This document shows, piece after piece, positions 11,301 to 26,397 of a stretch of 60,237 bases of DNA. Origin of the DNA: Perkinsus chesapeaki ATCC PRA-425. Its lineage: Eukaryota > Protista > Perkinsozoa. Both the position numbers and the translations under genes were made by a program. The stretch covers positions 1 through 60,237 of the forward strand of contig JAAPAO010000155.1 in the NCBI GenBank assembly GCA_013115145.1, given 5' to 3'. How positions within the stretch are numbered: the first letter of the stretch is position 1; the number at the start of each line of letters is the position of its first letter. The notes under the pieces were generated by a model. It was not told where the DNA came from. It made no database searches and worked only from the letters and a program-made list of their open reading frames with translations.

Positions 11301-13809
11301 TTAGGCAATCCACTTGAGAATCGCGTCCCGCACTCTCTTGAAGACATCTCTGAAGAAAGTAGTAGTCAGGGAGCATCAGTTTCATGTGTACATGTGCATT
11401 CAGCGCAACTAAAAGCTTTATTAATAGAGCCGATTAAGCATTCATGTCGAGCCGGCACTTACTCATTTCCCTTGTTACACCAGTAGCAATGTGATGCATC
11501 TGGTACCTGTCAGCCATCTCACATCTATACATGGCTCATACGGCAACTGTTACATTAAGCACGTCCGGACCTTCTGCATTCTCAGTTATAGATGATGGAT
11601 ACCAAGGATCAGCATGACCATTGATTGATAACATATTCGTGACTTTACTGAAGTCGCCAACATAGGTTTGCATCTCTTTGACCATGGTCAGTACCTTGCA
11701 CGTCGGGAAGATCTCGTGAGCTTGTCTTATCAATCCTACCTCGTCCTTAGTTATCCCAAAGCCCTCGTTGCACCCCTAAATGAAATAATCAATCCAATCC
11801 TGCCTTTCGCCTGTAAAAGAGGGGCACTTTTCCGCCTTGCACGTAGCGAAAAGAATCCGGCTTGAACAGGTGTGAAAATGAGTCATCCTAGATTCTCCAT
11901 AATTATCTGCATCCCTAAGCCTGGTGAGATACAGAAATGATTAAAGTGCTTAAACCGAGAAAACACCTCTTAAAAAGCCGTTGGAAATCATCGGCCATAC
12001 TCCTTCCAAGGGAGGAAGGGTTGTTCTTCTTGTAGACATCTAACAACTTATCAATCGAGGGCTCCCTGAAAGGAAACAAGCGGTGTGACTTCATTATGTC
12101 ACGTTTGTTAACTTACGATCCGGTTGTGAGCCTCCTACATATTCTTTCAATATTACAGTAGTCCGTTCGACAAGACGGATCATTGTACTGTAGCCCCGTA
12201 CTTAACAGTCTACCGTTGATCGCGCTGAATAATATACTAGTTCATTTCCGGAGTGAAAAGGAGCCTTTCGTGACTCACAAAGCTGTCCGAATCTTCTCAT
12301 CTTCTAGGTCTCCTTTGTATAATTGAAAGTTTGTTTCAAGCTGGCGGCGGCCTTCTGCAGACTCCAGGGAGCTCCCAATACTTTTATGAGCTTCTTTAAT
12401 CTGCCACCGGACCGCTTCTCAGTGAGTTACTAATACCACATCGTTACAACTTCAAGACACTTTTCACTTCCCTTCAGTTTCTGATTAGAAAAATCTTTGG
12501 CCAGCACTTCGTTGTACCTTAGCAAGACTCATCATAGAGTCAGCGAGGAGAGGAGAAGATTCTTCCAAGGAGAAGCGTGAAGTGGAATGTTATATCAAGC
12601 ACGCTCTGCGAGCAAACCCGTCTTCGATCGAGCCATCGTCGGTAAGCGATTTCACTCAAGTCGCACTTATCGTTTTCCAGCTGGAACTTGAGTGGAGCTG
12701 AAGATGCAATTACACCGTCAAAGATATCCGGATGATGCTTGCGGGCTAAGGCTGCAACCGTCTGAGACACGGCACATTGCTTAACAGAAGACGAGCATGT
12801 GGCTGGGCAAACGGGTTACCCCGGCGCTGCTGCATCCAAAAAGAACTATCTTCAGTTCCGGGATCTTTCCCTTTATATGTCGACCAAATAAAGCCATATC
12901 CTCAACCGTCTGCTTTGTAGTGAAAAGCTTTCTCAGGATATCAACGGAGAATTCTTCGGTGGGAATGCTGTTACCGGAATATCTGGGAGAAATAACTGAG
13001 GGCTCATTAACGTTGCGAATGCCGGCTACAGGGTTGCCTACCTAATTACCTGTGTTCGAGGACTACCATACTAGCACCAACTTTTTCAGCAGCATTCCTC
13101 ATCTCCGCTGTCTCCCAAGGTTCAATGTCAGCATCTAGACTGCAAATAGCTAGGAAAATCAACTGAGGATGAAGTGATACATAGCGATGCGATACGGCGA
13201 ATTCGAGTGCATGATATCACTATACCAAACAGCCTCATCTCACCGGCCTCTGCTGGTTGAAGTGGTCATTATTTTCAAAGTAATCTTGCATAAAGGATCC
13301 TCCTCCTGCACCTGAAAGAACACTATAGCACAACCGGGAATGAATACATTCAAGTAACGAACTCCCTTTGCATTTCCGTACTGGAATTGGCACCGTGCTC
13401 GCACCAACGGTTCAATGCATTTCAGCTTTGCGCGCTCTCCGTAAGATAGGAGTGGGATAGAAAGGCTGATCCAGATAGTAGCACAACTTTAATATGTGGC
13501 CGTTAGAATATAGCGATGACAAGCAGTTGAATGACCACGGAGAGGCCGATGGGAGCCCAAGACCCTATCCTAACTTTCTCGTGATCAACGTAGGAGTAAA
13601 AGCTCTTCTTTTCCCAGTCAACCCCGAACTGCTTTGGATTCACTGCCGAAACGAACCTGAGTGCAAGCTATTAGTTGCCAATAACTCAGAGACACTTAGG
13701 ACGCAGAAGCCTTCGGAATACAGGAGAGCTACCCATGGTAGTGGATATCCATCAGGTTACTGATAGCCATTGAAGTGGCAGCGACCGCAATGAAGGGATT
13801 CATACGCAT
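11301..13809 (-). CDS. Secreted serine peptidase, family S28 (PRCP/thymus-specific serine protease-like), multi-exon
   Basis: Spliced motifs: FYSYVDH, VLEHR|YSG, LFGCSSAG|TVAALAR...GVIASSAP, INGHADPW, PDASHCYWC, and C-terminal VRDAILKWIA*. N-terminus MRMNPFIAVAATSMA is hydrophobic. Some internal exons are unresolved. Confidence 0.85.
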
Positions 13810-15101
13810 TGCTTAATGACAAACAAAACGTCAGCCTGAATCGTATGTAACCACTATTCTCTCTATCGGATACACAAAGCAGGTTAAGAGAGCAGATACA
13901 CGACTTGCTCTAGCGGGCTTGTGGTTAGTGCCCAATAGGAAATGCAAGCGCAGATTTACCAAGGGCGCAGGAAGCTTAAACGAATGCGTGCATTGCAGTA
14001 TATTACGGCTAATGGCGAGCTGCGCAACTCAGAAGGACAGTGGAAGCTTGCAGCACTGGCTGAGCTTCATTACCCGGCTCAACAAGATCGATACACGCGT
14101 AATGATCTATCGCATCACAGCGAGTACACTAGAAAGTTGATGCTACCTGCTCCTTGACGATTGCAGTGTGCAGTGCACCCCAACTGCGACAAGATTCGAA
14201 TTTAGCTCCGTGCTTAAGGTCAGCGTACGTGTGAGGGAGCGTCTTGCTCTATCCTGTGTAATGTCCAAGGATTCTCGGCAGCGACATGCACCAGGCTTTG
14301 CCAATGGTTGCTTGAAACGGCGTGCCTCTCGACAAACTCGGTTCCAAAAGATGACACATTCCGGTGAATGCGTTGTTTTTTTCCGCATCTTCCGCGTCGA
14401 CTGGCGTCTATCCAAGTATCTTCGAATATCGAATGTATGGACCTTGCTGGAATCCCAACCGCTTTGTCTGTAAATGGCGGCCGACCATCGACGTTTTATT
14501 GTTCCAGCTCGCAGCACTCGCAGCAGTTTTGATCGGCAGCAACCGTCTCACGCTCTCGACTGCATGTACACTAGTTGCCTCGTTATCGAAGGAATGAATG
14601 CAGTAGTGTCATCACTGTAATGGCATAGCTTGTATAGGCGTAGCGGGAGCTTCCACTTTGGATGAAGAGACGTGCTTGCTCTGAAGCAAGCGAGCGCGAA
14701 TGCATCATATGGCGCATAGTCGTCACAGTGAATCGACAAGATCAGTAAGGTCTCGGTACGTCAGTTGTTGCCAGGTTGCCGTTGCTTTCCACATCACGGA
14801 GAGCCGTATAAAATCGACTGGGACCGATTGTGAGAGGCTTTGGATTAGAGTGGCGTTGGAGTGTTTCGATTAGCTAATCTTGTAGAGTGCTTTCTGTTCC
14901 ACGTGTTAGAGATGTGTCGATGAGAGGGTTACTCCCAACACAACTAATGAATCATAAAAAGAGTCTTCACTTATCCAAAAACTCATTCATACATGTTAAT
15001 GAGTACGGAGGGGGCGACTTCGGAAATGAAGGTGTATGCCCATAAAAACACAGGCCTCCGCAACACATCGGAAAACACGCTTTACGCACTCAGCGAGAAC
15101 A

Positions 15102-18100
15102 TCACTCGGCAGCTGCTGCCAGCTTGCGCAGTACGTACCTAAAATGATACGAAGAAAGTTCTCGACAGACAACCGGGATAAACTTCAGGACTTACTGCAG
15201 GATGCCGCCGTGCTTGAAGTAGGTGAGCTCCACCTCGGTGTCCAGTCTCACGAGTGCCTCGAACTGTGGACATTTCTTGCTTGTCGTTCGTACAGTGAGC
15301 ATCTAAACCCCAACTTCTTGGAGGCAATATGACTGGTTTTTCTCACCTGGCCGACCCCCAAGTCCCCACCATTAACGTCAATTGAGTAGCATTCCCTGCC
15401 GTCCAGGCCAAGACTGTCAGCATCAACACCATCTGGAAATTGCAAAGGTAGGATACCCATACCCACAAGGTTAGATCTGACAACAACATCGATCATCAAA
15501 ATTTCACTTTATGTAACCAACCTGTGGATCCTCTCGTAGCTTTTGGCAATGACAGCCTTAACGCCTTGAAGGCTTGGCCCCTTTGCCGCCCAGTCACGGC
15601 TGGATCCGCTGCCGTATTCCGCACCCGCTAGAATGACAAGTTGCTTTCCGTCATTCATATATTTCTCAGCGGCATCATAAACGAACATTTTCTCGCCAGT
15701 TGGGACATACTCCGTCTTTGGACCAACCTAATACGATCACTACTGTGCAGTCACCACCGATCAGCTGCTCACCTCGCCACCCATCAGTTTGTTCACGAGA
15801 CGTATGTTGGCGAAGGTGCCGCGAGCCATGACCAAATAGTTCCCTCTTCTCGACCCATACGAGTTGAAGTCCTTGGGCTCGACACCGTGATCGATGAGAT
15901 AGCGTCCCTGAGCCATAGCAACAACTACTGAAAAAATCCAAACTACCGCCGACCTACCCCGGGAGACTCGGCAGTGATTTTGCCAGCGGGAGAGATGTGA
16001 TCAGTTGTAATGGAGTCACCAAGATTCAACAGACAGTACGCATCCTTGATTGACTCAACAGGTGCAGGCTTGAGCTCAGTCTGAGGCGGGGAAGATCTCG
16101 AGAAGCTCCAAACAAGTCGCCGAAAATCGCCTCACCTTAGCAAAAAAAGGAGGGTTAGTGATGTACGTTGAATGACTGTTCCATTCAAATTGACTGCCAC
16201 TGGGGGCTTGCAGCTCATTCCACCTACACCCGTATGCACTCCATCTACCTCATCGATTTTCCCACCTCTTGTTCTGGCTAATCACCTTAGCATAGTTGTC
16301 CCGGAACATCTCCGGTCGAACACATTCCATCTCTATCTTTGCTATCTCGTCGCTTGTTGGCCAGATGTCTTTCAAATACACAGCTTCACCACCGGTACCT
16401 GCCGCCAAGATGCTCCCTCGACATCAAGGCATACATTCCTCATACCGTATCCTAGAGGCTCCTTATCGAAATCGATGGTCACCCTTCCGGCCAGAGCATA
16501 GGCCACCACCAGCGGTGGTGAAGCAAGGTAATTGGCACGAGTCAGCGGATGAACTCTGCCCTCAAAATTCCTATTCCCCGACAGAACCGCCGCAACCACA
16601 AGATCAGCATCGGTGATCGCCGAACTCACCTGGAAATATCGACTTGAAAAAGGCGGAGCGAAGCAGCTTACCTCCGGATCGAGATCTCCACTGTTACCAA
16701 TGCAAGTCATGCAGCCGAAGCCAGCAGTGTAGAAGCCCAAATCCTCCAGAGGCTTCAACAGATCGGCCTTACGCAGGTACGCATCTACCACTCCACTTCC
16801 CGGGGAGAGCGAGGTTTTGATGTAGGGTGAAACCTAAATTACAGTTACGGATTCATCTGGACTCACGTTGATACGATCCCCAATCGAAATTGAAAATTGG
16901 TCCTAATGCCGAGATGCAATCAAGAGGAAACCAAAAGCCTCCAGGAGTTGCTCTATCATAGAGCCTCTATGACTTTTTGTGATTCTACTACAAGCTAAAA
17001 TATCCTTATATTGGGTGCTACCAAGTGGGTAATCATCACCACTATCTCTCAATCGACACCCTCGACGCCACCCCACCTTGAGGCCCTTGTCTCTAGCATT
17101 CTTAGCCAGCAGTCCAGCGCCAAGCATCACTCCTGGGTTAGACGTGTTCGTGCAGGAGGTGATGGCTGCCAAGACAACTGAGCCATGCTCGAGAGAGTAG
17201 TCTTCTCCTCTATAGGAGAACTTCTTCACCTTGCTTTGCTGAGCCTGCAAATATGACACAACTCAAATAGTTCCTTAATCCAGACCGTCGAGTGCTGATG
17301 TGAAATTCTATCCGGAATTCAATCGAACCCTCTGAGCTTCAACAGTCCATTGGCCCCCGTTCACCGCTCATGAATGATTCCATATTCCACAGGTAAATGC
17401 CGGTACCACATGAATCCGCTGAGTTAGGTGTTTGCTCACCTTATCGACGTTAAAGCCTTTGAATGAAGTGGAAGGAGTTGACAATCCTACTGTGAAATCC
17501 CTGGGCAGCTCCGATACCGAAACTCTATCATGGGGCCTGAAACGCCAACGACGACGGAACGCATCATCCCACATTTCAGCATTGGTATACTCACGGACCT
17601 CTATCAGTTCAACTCTACGGTTTTCCCAATTCATTTCCTAATGCCGAGAGCGATCCAAATTTTCTGAAATTTTTTCCGGAGAGCACATTCACATATTCCC
17701 AAATTTCCACACTCCCTCATCAGCGCGGCATAAGTCATACCGTTGCTAACAGTTCGCGAGCGAGCATTAGCTTGCTCCCTGCATACTGGAGGTATGCCCT
17801 TCAACGCTTCTCTGATCAACGGGTTCTAACTTACCTCTTAGGCCCACTAACACACGGCTCTATCCTGGAAAGGTCCAATTCCATAACTTCGCCCGAATAC
17901 TCTGGTTCGTTATTGCCGTACAACTGCAGACAGCCATCACCTCGCCAAGGATGCAACAAAGAATCATCTCACCTGGAACAAGCCCTGGGCTCTAAGGTAC
18001 GCCTCGACATTGCTGACGGTTCCGCGAGATCTGCCAGTTTGCAAAAGATAGTTCAGCGACTTCTCATCGACGCCGAAGAAGCCCATCGTTCCGCCGTATT

Positions 18101-20120
18101 CAGGAGCCATATTGGCGATGGTAGCGCGGTCAGCCAAGGAGAGATTGGCGCATCCGGGGCCGAAGAACTCGACAAACTTCCCGACAACACCTGAGAGGGC
18201 ATCGCCACCACAACCCACTCTCGAGCACTTCTTCACCTCTCTTCCTTAGCATGTTCGTGCAGGTAAGAACGAGATCAGTGGCAGTGGCTCCCGGGGGAAG
18301 CTTGCCGGTGAGACGGAACCCGACAACTTCGGGGAGGACCATGGAGATAGCCTGACGGAAATGAGCCTTAATATCGCTGACGACCCTGTGAATACTAAAT
18401 AGCCCTTTAACAAGGTTTTTCCGTCTATGCCCTTAAGAAGCCAGACGTAGCTCGCCAGTAAAGAACTCGCCTATTACGTCCGACAAAATCGTTATCTAAA
18501 TTAATCAGTCTCGATCTTTCGTTTGAGATGGCAAAACGAACCATTAATTTTCCCGGGATCGTTCTACCTTTGTACGAGAGGATCACCCAACATATCAATG
18601 TCCTATCATCATTAAGCCTAGAACACCGCAAAAACTCTTTCTTAACCCAAAGACGTAAAAGATATATTTTCCGAGGGAAATGCAAACCGAGCCCCACTAC
18701 ACAGGCACCCTTCCCCCACCTGTCCAAGCATCACCGCCTCCGCCTCAATCCCACCAACTCCCCATCCGGCCACTCCAAGGCCATCAATCATGGTCGTGTG
18801 AGAGTCAGTACCAACTAGGGAATCCGGATACAGCACCGCGCCACTCCTCTGGTCAGCTCCCATGACCACACGAGCAAGATACTCAAGGTTGACTTGGTGG
18901 ACGATACCCGAGCCCGGTGGGACAATCTTAAGGTTATTGAAAGCTTCAGCGCCCCATTTAAGGAATCCAAAACGTTCACGGTTTCTCTGGAATTCCAGCT
19001 CTTGGTTCTAAGATAGACAACAACAACGTTAAGGCCGCTGCCAAATATGTCCAGGAGATAGGCCTCCGCAAAATAGAGGTTTCAATACTATCGAATCAAT
19101 AGGGTTAGCTTGCTAAATAGCTTTTAATACTGATACTTATGTAATTGATACTCAATATTAATTACTTATAATTAATACCTATATTAATACTAAGCTCACC
19201 CTTTAATACCTTTAATACCCTATTCATGACTAATCAAAGATAGCTGTATACATTAACCTCACTTACCTTCTCAAGAGCTTCAGCATTTCTTGAATAATCG
19301 GCCATAACCGAATGATCAATAACCAAGTCCACAGGAACCAGAGGGTTAATCTTCCCAGAGTCCCCGCCTAGTCTGGCCATAGCGTCGCGCATAGCAGCGA
19401 AATCGACCACCGCGGGCACACCCGTGAAATCTTGAAGAATGACTCGGGCCGGCTTGAAAGGGATCCTATAATCCCAATTTGGACCAAGATGCGCCGAAAA
19501 CTCTACTCAGTCTGGGTCTTCGAAGTCTTGCTCCAATTCAAAATATTCTCCACATCGGACGACTTAACCTCAAACTCATCACAATTACGGACGGCCGATT
19601 CCAGGAGGACCTGAAAGCGCCTATACCGGGGCCTTGAATGCGGATTGCCCACCCTTATGGACAACGGCAGCCTCTCCAAGCGGGCGTCACCTGAGGGAAA
19701 TATTATAAAGCAAACCATATATATTATAATCAACTTGGAAAGCCTGCAGCCTCCTTGTGGTTAGGTGAGGGAATTTCGCGAGAGTTGATGAGGCATGAAG
19801 ATTTTTGTCGGTATTGAAGGTAGACGTTATCAAGCTCAGCTAGGGAGGACGCTTCACGGATTCAAACTTGATACTTTAACCCCTAAGATGCCAAAGTACA
19901 CCTGATCAAGTCTCGTAAAAGCCGGTCAGAATTTTACGACATTTCCTCCAGACAACCATAATCGTACGCCAGTCGCCGTGACGTTCCACTTTCCCCTTCT
20001 ATTACCCAGCTCCTTCAAATCATAATAATAATGTCCGGTGGTCCCAAGAGCCTTATAGCACTTGTGGAAGGGGTTGGCCTTCGAGGCAAAGCCACGACGG
20101 ATCAAACTCCTCCCCAACAT
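15102..20120 (-). CDS. acnA: Aconitate hydratase, AcnA/IRP1-type, multi-exon, with a probable mitochondrial presequence
   Basis: [85 protein letters not shown]|[11 protein letters not shown]. All three Fe-S Cys ligands are present. Confidence 0.97.
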
Positions 20121-20319
20121 TGGAAGCAAAATCAACTCAAAACTGCTGCTGCTGCTGCTCCCACGATCCCTCCCCATCCAAACACAACGCCATCGCGTGC
20201 TCATCCATTCCAAGAAACAGCAAAACTGCCATGCACAGCAGCAACGAAGCCTAACCCGTCACCAGCTGCCTTTGCTTAAGCGTCGCAACAGCCCAGGAAA
20301 TGTTGCTCACATCCAACGG

Positions 20320-20340
20320 CTTGAGCCATGATCGCTCGGC
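20320..20340 (-). other. Spliced-leader-like relic upstream of aconitase
   Basis: Minus strand reads GCCGAGCGATCATGGCTCAAG versus the Perkinsus/dinoflagellate SL consensus (A)CCGTAGCCATCTTGGCTCAAG: one deletion and two internal substitutions, plus a different first base. Confidence 0.45.
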
Positions 20341-20555
20341 AAGTACCAATATTTGAGGAAAAAGATGGTTGACCAGGTCGAAATGGAGTGGTATTATATC
20401 AGGAAGTATTGCTGTCGCCCAAAGGATATTACTGATATCCCTCCCACTTAAGGATGTAACACTAATACCTCCTTGAACCTATTCATGCGAGCCTATTAGA
20501 TAGCTATTGGACGCTCAAATAGACGAGTCGATCCTACATTCTGAATCTCCAATTT

Positions 20556-21860
20556 TCACCTACGAGATTTTTCAAAAATATCGACTTTCCAACTATCTCG
20601 CACAAACTCGCCACTCGTGAACCAAATCGTACTACGGGTTGAATCCCAGCGAGCGCACACTGCTTTCGCGATAAGTACTCTTCCCAAGCCAGTAGACGAC
20701 GTCATGACAATCTCGCTCCTATTTCCAACAAAACAGTTCCCTTTATACATTCCTCTTTCCCCCCTTAGTACAATTCTTCCAATAAGAACATCCCTGGCCA
20801 GCACGTGTGACGGTGACCCCAGCCATGCAACAGGATCGATCAGATTCTTCTCGTAGCCAGCCCCCAGGCTCCACAGCGCAATCGCTATTTCTCTAGCACT
20901 CAATCCCGAGCCTCCGAACTTCGAAGCGGTCGCCTGAACCACCAGGTAAATTCGGACACCCGTCTCTAAATGCATATCCCTACCACTGCGTGCTGCACAA
21001 CCATTGCCAGTAGTCGTCCTCGCGCCGCATATCCTTCACAGTGCGCAACCGGCGACGCAACCGCCCATAACAGATTAGCAAGATTCTGCCCGTCCAGCCT
21101 TTCCTTCAATCGATCCTCTTCTAGGACCACCCTCACGTTAAAACACAGGCCAGGGTCGAGCGCATCCTCGACAGACGACCAGGCGAACAGGACATTCGAC
21201 AGAAACTGCGGAAAAGATACAGCTCCAGATTCCCATTACTGGCTACCTGCGGCTCTATGCAATCATTATTTAAATGAACTTCCAGTTTTCCTAATATCTC
21301 CTCCTTCCGGGACCTCGTTGAACAAAGGAACTTCGAACCACGCTTCAACTTCGACAGCCGATGCAACGCAGTTGCCGCGTTCCTCGCTGTAACCTACAAC
21401 CTACGCATTGTACGTGACCAACCACCAGAGATGGCTGATAGCAATCGCAACCGTAAGAGCGGAGTAAGAGCATCCGACCGGACGAACGAAATCCACGGGA
21501 ATGGGATCAGCGGTTTCAGTATTGACACAAACAACGTTCCTGGCAGGGAGTACGAGGTTTAATGGAGAAATGCACCAATAATAGAAATTGTCCTCTCAAG
21601 CTCCCTGAAACATTTCACGCTTGCCGAGTCGTCGCAGAAATGCAGTCCTTGACACTGGGTAAAGTAAACGCCAGAATCTTATAAATTCTTCCGAAAAAAA
21701 TCGTCTAGGCACAGATTCCCGCTTTGCCTAATAGTACCTCCTCCCGCACGAGTATATCCTCAAGACAAGCCCAATCCTTCCTCTTAAACGCTTGATGAAT
21801 TTCCCTCTGAACCAACGCCTGGCTCTGGCGCAGCCGCGATGCCTTCAGATTGCAGCAGGG
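20556..21860 (-). CDS. Helical-repeat protein of the OPR/HPR/FASTK-like (RAP-associated) type; 5' end unresolved
   Basis: In-frame spliced exons give VTARNAATALHRLSK, EPQ|FLSNVLFAWS, DGQNLANLLWAVA and SAREIAIALWSLG. Confidence 0.6.
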
Positions 21861-21956
21861 TAACTTCAACACTCCTCGGACCGATTTACAAAACCAAAGG
21901 TAACGAGTGATCGAAACGTATCAGAACAGTCACTGTAAACGAGAAACAACAACAGC

Positions 21957-23844
<1,888 letters not shown>

Positions 23845-24638
23845 CGGGCGGAGCGGTATGAGGACGAGTAAAGTAACTCAATGATAAGCTGGCAATAATC
23901 CCACGTTGGAAAATCCTAGTCGCCTTTGACACTGTTTCCTATCACGATTCTGCATTCACTGTTTTGACTTATTGACTTATGAGACTTATTCACTCTCCCA
24001 TGCGCTTGCCGCTCATGAACCTCCCGTGCCAAGTTATTATTAGGAACAACTCGAGGTAAAAACGCCTTATTCATAGCCATAAGACAGTAAAGCGAGAAAT
24101 GCGAGATTGGTGTCCACTTCAGACGGAACGCTCAATTCGTAGCTGCCAACCCAAGCAGGTTTTTCAAAATGCGCGCGCCCATCTGAGCGATTTCTACCGA
24201 AGCTGCTGTTCCATCTCGGAGATTCAACCCATCGCGCGTGCCTCCGTGATCCTCTTACTAAGAGAGGGGGACGGGAGAGGGGTCCGTGGTTTTCCATGGG
24301 GCCACTCTCGTACCACCTGCGCCCGGTGGTACCTCTTAGCAAGATGATTGTGGAGGGCGGGTGGGCGGAAGACGGAATTGTGCACCCCTGGTGCTCCTTT
24401 GTGGGCCCGACCCAGGGGAGTGTCTGCTAGCTGCTGCTGCGCGCCTGAAGCCTGTATGCCTTGTTCTGCAACCGTACTACGGCAGCTTCGCTCCGCTTGA
24501 ATTCGCTCAAACACGTTTGACCTCCGTGGAAGTGGGAAAGTTGTGAAACGTGCTTTACTTCGCTCCGTCGTGACATCAGTTAGCTAAGGAAGAAAGTTGT
24601 CTATCACGATAAGTAACCCTTTGTTGATCCCCATTCTT

Positions 24639-24681
24639 GTTCACTGAGTGAACAGCAGAGTGAACTCACTCTGCTGTGAAC
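24639..24681. other. Perfect short hairpin (12-bp stem) in intergenic DNA
   Basis: a-cagcagagtga-ac-tcactctgctg-t at 24652-24677, with outer gttca/tgaac pairing. Confidence 0.7.
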
Positions 24682-25470
24682 CGTCGATATAGTCATCAGT
24701 AGTATCAACTAAGCCTACCTTACACCGTACATCTTACGAAGACTTGAGTTCTCACACAGAGCAACAAGAACACTGCCACACGCAACTTCCGTGACGCAAG
24801 TTCCGTCCGGTAACAGCGACGTCACGACAATATGTACCTTACGAAATTGCCTTCAGGCATTAACCTGAAATAGAGGATTGATCTGAGAAGTGCTGCAACT
24901 AGGGCCCCGTTAGGAGCTCGCAGGCTTTGCAAACAGTTAAGAATCCTTTCATACCTCACAATCACAAATGAGTTCCGCGTCACTGGTCACGCACATCCAT
25001 CATAAATATTTCACGTCACGGGTGCCATGTCCGACCATACAGGCCGTTTCCAGCAAACACATGATCTTTTTGGGGACCACCGCTCACCTCTCATAAGCGA
25101 CTCTATGAGTTAGAGATGGTATACTCTGCTCAGAACTGAATCACGGCAGGGTTGAGCATTTCAGCAGGATTTTGTGACGCAGAAACGGCGTCACACCGCT
25201 AGCCTGTTGGGCGCTGATTTCCTTCCGGTAGTAGGCTGTACCGACCTCTCCAATCTTCCTCATAGTGATCATGAAGGGTTACGGCGCCAGTACATATGAC
25301 CACCTTGCATTTCAATGGTCCCATGACGACTCGGAGGGCTAATCATTACTAATGCACGCGGGGCACATTGGCGAGCGTGCTGGCTACGCGCATGCCGTCA
25401 CGCGTGACGTCGGAACAACTCAAAAGGCTTTAATTTCCGCTTTTTTTTGCAAACTACTATGATCTTCACT

Positions 25471-26397
25471 ATGAGAGCTTTATCACCTGCAGCTATCATT
25501 GCCCTTGCGACTGCCTCTAGTAGACCCGATGTCGCCAAGGATTGCAAGGCGTTCTGTGATGAGCACAGTGATGGTGCTTGTACTCGCAACGGTGGTCACT
25601 TCAACTGCCGTACCGAAAAGCCCGTCGACATATGTCAGCATCTATATTGGACGGATGCTAGCAAGACCAGAATATGTATTGATGTTGGTGATGGTAGATG
25701 CGGATATGGTACCATGAACATCCCTGTCCAATGCGATCTCATCGCGCCTACCATCAGTCCTGCCACGGTTAGCACAACCGAGCGTCCCGATCCTTGCTCC
25801 ACCTCGACCGAGGCTCCTGAGCCTTGCTCCACCTCGACCGAGGCCCCTGAGCCTTGCTCTACCTCGACCGAGGCCCCTGAGCCTTGCTCCACCTCGACCG
25901 AGGCTCCTGAGCCTTGCTCGACTACCGAAGCTCCCACTCCTTGCCCGACTACTGAAGCCCCAACGCCTCAACCTACTGATAAACCGGAGCCAGTACTCGA
26001 CGAGTGTGTGTTTGAAGGCCGGACCTTCGAGTGTCGTCAGGATCCAATTGCCCCCATATGCAGGGACCTCTACTGGACAGACTCCACATATCAGCACATT
26101 TGCGTTGATATTGGTGATGGTAAATGTGGTTATGGTGATGCCAAAACGACTGTGAGGTGCAAGAGGAAGATTCCTGAGGAGCCTTATGAGCCCCGCAACT
26201 CATGTGAGAGATTCTGCAACGAGCATGGTGATAATCGCTGTACAAAGGAATACATTCGCATCGAGTGCAGAGCTAATAGAAACGTTTGTAGAGGCCTCTA
26301 TACCGATGCTAACAAGACATCTATCTGTCTTGACCGTCTCGATCCGGGCTGCGGTTTACCGGCAGTCAGTAAGTTCGTCCATCCTGTGAGATGTTAG
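25471..26397 (+). CDS. Secreted Cys-module/mucin protein, family B copy 1 (intronless); linker is STSTEAPEPC repeats
   Basis: Signal-like MRALSPAAIIALATASS and three LY(W)TD Cys modules. Confidence 0.88.
   Translation: MRALSPAAIIALATASSRPDVAKDCKAFCDEHSDGACTRNGGHFNCRTEKPVDICQHLYWTDASKTRICIDVGDGRCGYGTMNIPVQCDLIAPTISPATVSTTERPDPCSTSTEAPEPCSTSTEAPEPCSTSTEAPEPCSTSTEAPEPCSTTEAPTPCPTTEAPTPQPTDKPEPVLDECVFEGRTFECRQDPIAPICRDLYWTDSTYQHICVDIGDGKCGYGDAKTTVRCKRKIPEEPYEPRNSCERFCNEHGDNRCTKEYIRIECRANRNVCRGLYTDANKTSICLDRLDPGCGLPAVSKFVHPVRC

Noticed and set aside
20120-20340. Iron-responsive element near the IRP-type aconitase
   Set aside because: No CAGWGH-loop hairpin with a C bulge was seen in the upstream region.
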